DNA from: Auanema rhodensis
Taxonomy: Eukaryota > Animalia > Nematoda
Direction of reading: 5' to 3'
Assembly: GCA_964057225.1 (NCBI GenBank)
Contig: OZ059898.1
Span: 18,848,001-18,912,000, forward strand
Length of the DNA: 64,000 bases
Part shown: piece after piece, positions 56,601 through 64,000 of the stretch
How positions within the stretch are numbered: the first letter of the stretch is position 1
Layout of the letters: each line of letters opens with the position of its first letter
The notes under the pieces: generated by a model
Told to the model about the DNA's origin: nothing
What the model saw: only the letters and a program-made list of their open reading frames with translations
The model's database searches: none
Position numbers and translations under genes: made by a program

Positions 56601-59600
56601 AAAAACAAATTTTTATTGATATTGGTGCATGGTAACCATGACTTTGAAATTTACGTGAACTTTAATTTATGCTAATTAAGTGTACACATGATGTGCACTT
56701 GGTATGTAACTCGCTTCACGAGAAAGATAAAAATATGCGGTTTTCAAATTTAGATTTCGCGTGTCCATATTAGTCTAAAAACGAATTTTTATTGATATTG
56801 ATGCATGGTAACCATGACTTTAAAATTTACGTGAACTTTAATTTATGCTAATTAAGTGTACACGTGATGTGCACTTGGTATGTAACTCGCTTCACGTGAA
56901 AGATAAAGAGATGCGGTTTTCAAAATTAGATTCCTCATGTTCATATTAGTCTAAAAACGAATTTTTATTGATATTGATGCATGGTAACCATGACTTTAAA
57001 ATTTACGTGAACTTTAATTTATGCTAATTAAGTGTACACATGATGTGCACTTGGTATGTAACTCGCTTCACGTCAAAGATAAAGAGATGCGGTTTTCAAA
57101 ATTAGATTCCCCATGTCCATATTAGTCTAAAAACAAATTTTTATTGATATTGGTGCATGGCAACCATGACTTTAAAATTTACGTGTACTTTAATTTATGC
57201 TAATTAAGTGTACACATGATGTGCACTTGGTATGTAACTCGCTTCACGTGAAAGATAAAGTGATGCGGTTTACAAAATTAGATTCCGCATGTCCATATTA
57301 GTCTAAAAACAAATTTTTATTGATATTGGTGCATGGTAACCATGACTTTGAAATTTACGTGAACTTTAATTTATGCTAATTAAGTGTACACGTGATGTGC
57401 ACTTGGTATGTAACTCGCTTCACGTGAAAGATAAAGAGATGCGGTTTTCAAAATTAGATTCCCCATGTCCATATTAGTCTAAAAACAAATTCTTATTGAT
57501 ATTGGTGCATGGTAACCATGACTTTAAAATTTACGTGTACTTTAATTTATGCTAATTAAGTGTACACATGATGTGCACTTGGTATGTAAGTCGCTTCACG
57601 TGAAAGATAAAGAGATGCGGTTTTCAAAATTAGATTCCCCATGTCCATATTAGTCTAAAAACAAATTTTTATCGATATTGGTGCATGGTAACCATGACTT
57701 TGAAATTTACGTGAATTTTAATTTATGCTAATTAAGTGTACACATGATGTGCACTTGGTATGTAACTCGCTTCACGTGAAAGATAAAGAGATGCGGTTTT
57801 CAAAATTAGATTTCGCATGTCCATATTAGTCTAAAAACAAATTTTTATTGATATTGGTGCATGGCAACCATGACTTTAAAATTTACGTGAACTTTAATTT
57901 ATGCTAATTAAGTGTACACATGATGTGCACTTGGTATGTAACTCGCTTCACGTGAAAGATAAAGAGATGCGGTTTTCAAAATTAGATTTCGCATGTCCAT
58001 ATTAGTCTAAAAACAAATTTTTATTGATATTGGTGCATGGTAACCATGACTTTGAAATTTACGTGAACTTTAATTTATGCTAATTAAGTGTACACATGAT
58101 GTGCACTTGGTATGTAACTCGCTTCACGTCAAAGATAAAGAGATGCGGTTTTCAAAATTAGATTCCCCATGTCCATATTAGTCTAAAAACAAATTTTTAT
58201 TGATATTGGTGCATGGTAACCATGACTTTGAAATTTACGTGAACTTTAATTTATGCTAATTAAGTGTACACGTGATGTGCACTTGGTATGTAACTCGCTT
58301 CATGTGAAAGATAAAGAGATGCGGTTTTCAAAATTAGATTCCGCATGTCCATATTAGTCTAAAAACAAATTTTTATTGATATTGGTGCATGGTAACCATG
58401 ACTTTGAAATTTACGTGAACTTTAATTTATGCTAATTAAGTGTACACGTGATGTGCACTTGGTATGTAACTCGCTTCACAAGAAAGATAAAGAGATGCGG
58501 TTTTTAAAATTAGATTCCTCATGCCCATATTAGTCTAAAAACAAATTTTTATTGATATTGGTGCATGGCAACCATGACTTTAAAATTTACGTGTACTTTA
58601 ATTTATGCTAATTAAGTGTACACATGATGTGCACTTGGTATGTAACTCGCTTCACGTGAAAGATAAAGTGATGCGGTTTTCAAAATTAGATTCCGCATGT
58701 CCATATTAGTCTAAAAACAAATTTTTATTGATATTGGTGCATGGCAACCATGACTTTAAAATTTACGTGTACTTTAATTTATGCTAATTAAGTGTACACA
58801 TGATGTGCACTTGGTATGTAACTCGCTTCACGTCAAAGATAAAGAGATGGGGTTTTCAAAATTAGATTCCCCATGTCCATATTAGTCTAAAAACAAATTT
58901 TTATTAATATTGGTGCATGGTAACCATGACTTTGAAATTTACGTGAACTTTAATTTATGCTTATTAAGTGTACACGTGATGTGCACTTGGTATGTAACTC
59001 GCTTCACGTGAAAGATAAATGGATGCGGTTTTCAAAATTAGATTCCCCATGCCCATATTAGTCTAAAAACAAATTTTTATTGATATTGGTGCATGGCAAC
59101 CATGACTTTAAAATTTACGTGTACTTTAATTTATGCTAATTAAGTGTACACATGATGTGCACTTGGTATGTAACTCGCTTCACGTCAAAGATAAAGAGAT
59201 GCGGTTTTCAAAATTAGATTCCCCATGTCCATATTAGTCTAAAAACAAATTTTTATTAATATTGGTGCATGGTAACCATGACTTTGAAATTTACGTGAAC
59301 TTTAATTTATGCTTATTAAGTGTACACGTGATGTGCACTTGGTATGTAACTCGCTTCACGTGAAAGATAAAGGGATGCGGTTTTCAAAATTAGATTCCCC
59401 ATGTCCATATTAGTCTAAAAACAAATTATTATTGATATTGGTGCATGGTAACCATGACTTTAAAATCAACGTGAACTTTAATTTATGCTAATTAAGTGTA
59501 CACATGATGTGCACTTGGTATGTAACTCGCTTCACGTGAAAGATAAAGAGATGCGGTTTTCAAAATTAGATTCCGCATGTCCATATTAGTCTAAAAACAA

Positions 59601-60539
59601 TTTTTTATTGATATTGGTGCATGGTAACCATGACTTTGAAATTTACGTGAACTTTAATTTATGCTAATTAAGTGTACACGTGATGTGCACTTGGTATGTA
59701 ACTCGCTTCACGTGAAAGATAAAGAGATGCGGTTTTCAAAATTAGATTCCCCATGTCCATATTAGTCTAAAAACAAATTTTTATTGATATTGGTGCATGG
59801 CAACCATGACTTTAAAATTTACGTGTACTTTAATTTATGCTAATTAAGTGTACACATGATGTGCACTTGGTTTGTAACTCGCTTCACGAGAAAGATAAAA
59901 AGGTGCGGTTTTCAAATTTAGATTTCGCGTGTCCATATTAGTCTAAAAACAAATTTTTATTGATATTGGTGCATGGTAACCATGACTTTGAAATTTACGT
60001 GAACTTTAATTTATGCTAATTAAGTGTACACGTGATGTGCACTTGGTATGTAACTCGCTTCACGTGAAAGATAAAGAGATGCGGTTTTCAAAATTAGATT
60101 CCGTATGTCCATATTAGTCTAAAAACAAATTTTTATTGATATTGGTGCATGGTAACCATGACTTTGAAATTTACGTGAACTTTAATTTATGCTAATTAAG
60201 TGTACACGTGATGTGCACTTGGTATGTAACTCGCTTCACGTGAAAGATAAAAAGATGCGGTTCTCAAAATTAGATTCCCCATGTCCATATTAGTCTAAAA
60301 ACAAATTTTTATTGATATTGGTGCATGGCAACCATGACTTTAAAATTTACGTGTACTTTAATTTATGCTAATTAAGTGTACACATGATGTGCACTTGGTA
60401 TGTAACTCGCTTCACGAGAAAGATAAAAAGGTGCGGTTTTCAAATTTAGATTTCGCGTGTCCATATTAGTCTAAAAACAAATTTTTATTGATATTGGTGC
60501 ATGGTAACCATGACTTTGAAATTTACGTGAACTTTAATT

Positions 60540-61243
60540 TATGCTAATTAAGTGTACACGTGATGTGCACTTGGTATGTAACTCGCTTCACGTGAAAGAT
60601 AAAGAGATGCGGTTTTCAAAATTAGATTCCGCATGTCCATATTAGTCTAAAAACAAATTTTTATTGATATTGGTGCATGGTAACCATGACTTTGAAATTT
60701 ACGTGAACTTTAATTTATGCTAATTAAGTGTACACGTGATGTGCACTTGGAATGTAACTCGCTTCACGTGAAAGATAAAGAGATGCGGTTTTCAAATTTA
60801 GATTTCGCGTGTCCATATTAGTCTAAAAACAAATTTTTATTGATATTGGTGCATGGTAACCATGACTTTGAAATTTACGTGAACTTTAATTTATGCTAAT
60901 TAAGTGTACACGTGATGTGCACTTGGTATGTAACTCGCTTCACGTGAAAGATAAAGAGATGCGGTTTTCAAAATTAGATTCCGCATGTCCATATTAGTCT
61001 AAAAACAAATTTTTATTGATATTGGTGCATGGTAACCATGACTTTGAAATTTACGTGAACTTTAATTTATGCTAATTAAGTGTACACGTGATGTGCACTT
61101 GGAATGTAACTCGCTTCACGTGAAAGATAAAGAGATGCGGTTTTCAAATTTAGATTTCGCGTGTCCATATTAGTCTAAAAACAAATTTTTATTGATATTG
61201 GTGCATGGTAACCATGACTTTGAAATTTACGTGAACTTTAATT
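60540..61243 (+). repeat. Local dimer repeat x2 (352-bp period)
   Basis: The CCGC monomer (60540, 60892) alternates with the GGAATG+TTTAGATTTCGCGTG monomer (60716, 61068). Confidence 0.8.
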
Positions 61244-62651
61244 TATGCTAATTAAGTGTACACGTGATGTGCACTTGGTATGTAACTCGCTTCACGTGAA
61301 AGATAAAGAGATGCGGTTTTCAAAATTAGATTCCTCATGTTCATATTAGTCTAAAAACGAATTTTTATTGATATTGGTGCATGGTAACCATGACTTTGAA
61401 ATTTACGTGAACTTTAATTTATGCTAATTAAGTGTACACGTGATGTGCACTTGGTATGTAACTCGCTTCACGAGAAAGAAAAAAAGGTGCGGTTTTCAAA
61501 TTTAGATTTCGCGTGTCCATATTAGTCTAAAAACAAATTTTTATTGATATTGGTGCATGGTAACCATGACTTTGAAATTTACGTGAACTTTAATTTATGC
61601 TAATTAAGTGTACACATGATGTGCACTTGGTATGTAACTCGCTTCACGAGAAAGATAAAAAGGTGCGGTTTTCAAAATTAGATTTCGCGTGTCCATATTA
61701 GTCTAAAAACAAATTTTTATTGATATTGGTGCATGGCAACCATGACTTTAAAATTTACGTGTACTTTAATTTATGCTAATTAAGTGTACACATGATGTGC
61801 ACTTGGTATGTAACTCGCTTCACGAGAAAGATAAAAAGGTGCGGTTTTCAAATTTAGATTTCGCGTGTCCATATTAGTCTAAAAACAAATTTTTATTGAT
61901 ATTGGTGCATGGTAACCATGACTTTGAAATTTACGTGAACTTTAATTTATGCTAATTAAGTGTACACGTGATGTGCACTTGGAATGTAACTCGCTTCACG
62001 TGAAAGATAAAGAGATGGGGTTTTCAAAATTAGATTCCCCATGTCCATATTAGTCTAAAAACAAATTTTTATTGATATTGGTGCATGGTAACCATGACTT
62101 TGAAATTTAGGTGAACTTTAATTTATGCTAATTAAGTGTACACATGATGTGCACTTGGTATGTAACTCGCTTCACGAGAAAGATAAAAAGATGCGGTTTT
62201 CAAATTTAGATTTCGCGTGTCCATATTAGTCTAAAAACAAATTTTTATTGATATTGGTGCATGGTAACCATGACTTTGAAATTTACGTGAACTTTAATTT
62301 ATGCTAATTAAGTGTACACGTGATGTGCACTTGGTAGGTAACTCGCTTCACGTGAAAGATAAAGAGATGCGGATTTCAAAATTAGATTCCTCATGTTCAT
62401 ATTAGTCTAAAAACGAATTTTTATTGATATTGATGCATGGTAACCATGACTTTAAAATTTACGTGAACTTTAATTTATGCTAATTAAGTGTACACGTGAT
62501 GTGCACTTGGTATGTAACTCGCTTCACGTGAAAGATAAAGAGATGCGGTTTTCAAAATTAGATTCCGCATGTCCATATTAGTCTAAAAACAAATTTTTAT
62601 TGATATTGGTGCATGGTAACCATGACTTTGAAATTTACGTGAACTTTAATT

Positions 62652-64000
62652 TATGCTAATTAAGTGTACACGTGATGTGCACTTGGTATGTAACTCGCTT
62701 CACGTGAAAGATAAAGAGATGCGGTTTTCAAAATTAGATTCCCCATGTCCATATTAGTCTAAAAACAAATTTTTATTGATATTCGTGCATGGTAACCATG
62801 ACTTTGAAATTTACGTGAACTTTAATTTATGCTAATTAAGTGTACACATGATGTGCACTTGGTATGTAACTCGCTTCACGAGAAAGATAAAAAGATGCGG
62901 TTTTCAAATTTCGATTTCGCGTGTCCATATTAGTCTAAAAACAAATTTTTATTGATATTGGTGCATGGTAACCATGACTTTGAAATTTACGTGAACTTTA
63001 ATTTATGCTAATTAAGTGTACACGTGATGTGCACTTGGTATGTAACTCGCTTCACGTGAAAGATAAAGAGATGCGGTTTTCAAAATTAGATTCCCCATGT
63101 CCATATTAATCTAAAAACATATTTTTATTGATATTGGTGCATGGTAACCATGACTTTGAAATTTACGTGAATTTTAATTTATGCTAATTAAGTGTACACA
63201 TGATGTGCACTTGGTATGTAACTCGCTTCACGTGAAAGATAAAGAGATGCGGTTTCAAAATTAGATTTCGCATGTCCATATTAGTCTAAAAACAAATTTT
63301 TATTGATATTGGTGCATGGTAGCCATGACTTTGAAATTTACGTGAATTTTAATTTATGCTAATTAAGTGTACACATGATGTGCACTTGGTATGTAACTCG
63401 CTTCACGTGAAAGATAAAGAGATGCGGTTTTCAAAATTAGATTTCGCATGTCCATATTAGTCTAAAAACAAATTTTTATTGATATTGGTGCATGGCAACC
63501 ATGACTTTAAAATTTACGTGTACTTTAATTTATGCTAATTAAGTGTACACATGATGTGCACTTGGTATGTAACTCGCTTCACGTGAAAGATAAAGAGATG
63601 CGGTTTTCAAAATTAGATTCCCCATGTCCATATTAGTCTAAAAACAAATTTTTATTGATATTCGTGCATGGTAACCATGACTTTGAAATTTACGTGAACT
63701 TTAATTTATGCTAATTAAGTGTACACATGATGTGCACTTGGTATGTAACTCGCTTCACGAGAAAGATAAAAAGATGCGGTTTTCAAATTTCGATTTCGCG
63801 TGTCCATATTAGTCTAAAAACAAATTTTTATTGATATTGGTGCATGGTAACCATGACTTTGAAATTTACGTGAACTTTAATTTATGCTAATTAAGTGTAC
63901 ACGTGATGTGCACTTGGTATGTAACTCGCTTCACATGAAAGATAAAGAGATGCGGTTTTCAAAATTAGATTCCCCATGTCCATATTAGTCTAAAAACATA
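62652..64000 (+). repeat. Diverged local 5-mer repeat, second copy truncated by the window end
   Basis: The private ATTCGTGCAT monomer occurs at 62652 and 63531. Each is followed by a TTTCGATTTCGCGTG monomer and an AACATA monomer. Confidence 0.7.

Larger units (their letters stand above)
1..64000 (+). repeat. 176-bp tandem satellite array (363 complete monomers + 118-bp partial), probably centromeric/pericentromeric; continues past both window edges
   Basis: TATGCTAATTAAG recurs at 1, 177, 353 ... 2641 (=1+15x176) and on to 63883. The phase shifts only by six single-base deletions. Monomers differ from consensus by roughly 0-12 substitutions, and all are in one orientation. The array itself is certain; the centromeric role is inferred from monomer size and homogeneity. 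Confidence 0.99.

Noticed and set aside
1-64000. CRISPR array or repeat-spacer system
   Set aside because: There are no unique spacers. The entire 176 bp is repeated, variation is limited to SNVs, and no cas genes are present.
1-64000. Tandem RNA gene cluster (5S rRNA, tRNA, snRNA, spliced leader)
   Set aside because: I recognise no 5S, tRNA or snRNA sequence and no convincing Pol III box A/B/C on either strand. An Infernal/Rfam search would settle it.
1-64000. A single fixed higher-order repeat across the array
   Set aside because: Periods are local and vary (2, 3, 4, 5, 7, 12), and landmark monomer spacing is irregular.
1-64000. Transposon insertion, inversion or telomeric repeat within the array
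   Set aside because: The monomer phase is fully accounted for by six 1-bp deletions, leaving no room for foreign sequence, and no strand switch was seen.
1-64000. Monomer variants as a programmed code or diversity-generating cassette system
   Set aside because: Nested duplication, in-register recombination and point mutation explain the pattern. No recombinase, reverse transcriptase or expression locus is present.

Overview
The whole 64,000-bp window is one uninterrupted head-to-tail satellite DNA array. It has a 176-bp, ~33% GC monomer, with 363 complete copies plus a partial one, all in the same orientation. Consensus: TATGCTAATTAAGTGTACACGTGATGTGCACTTGGTATGTAACTCGCTTCACGTGAAAGATAAAGAGATGCGGTTTTCAAAATTAGATTCCCCATGTCCATATTAGTCTAAAAACAAATTTTTATTGATATTGGTGCATGGTAACCATGACTTTGAAATTTACGTGAACTTTAATT. 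Monomer length, homogeneity and array size are typical of eukaryotic centromeric or pericentromeric satellite. I do not recognise the family or species. I found no genes, RNA genes, transposon insertions, inversions or CRISPR array. The single 60-aa ORF is a satellite monomer whose one in-frame stop mutated. The information lies in the pattern of variants. About a dozen recurring monomer haplotypes are arranged in local, non-fixed higher-order repeats (2-, 3-, 4-, 5-, 7- and 12-mers). There is a ~13-14 kb segmental duplication (177-14431 vs 34318-47516) whose copies then remodelled independently, a private subfamily domain at ~14.4-24.3 kb, and a more diverged domain beyond ~51 kb. The monomer is rich in dyads and CACGTG/ACGTG motifs. 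I cannot support a novel gene-based system here. All monomer typing was done by eye.
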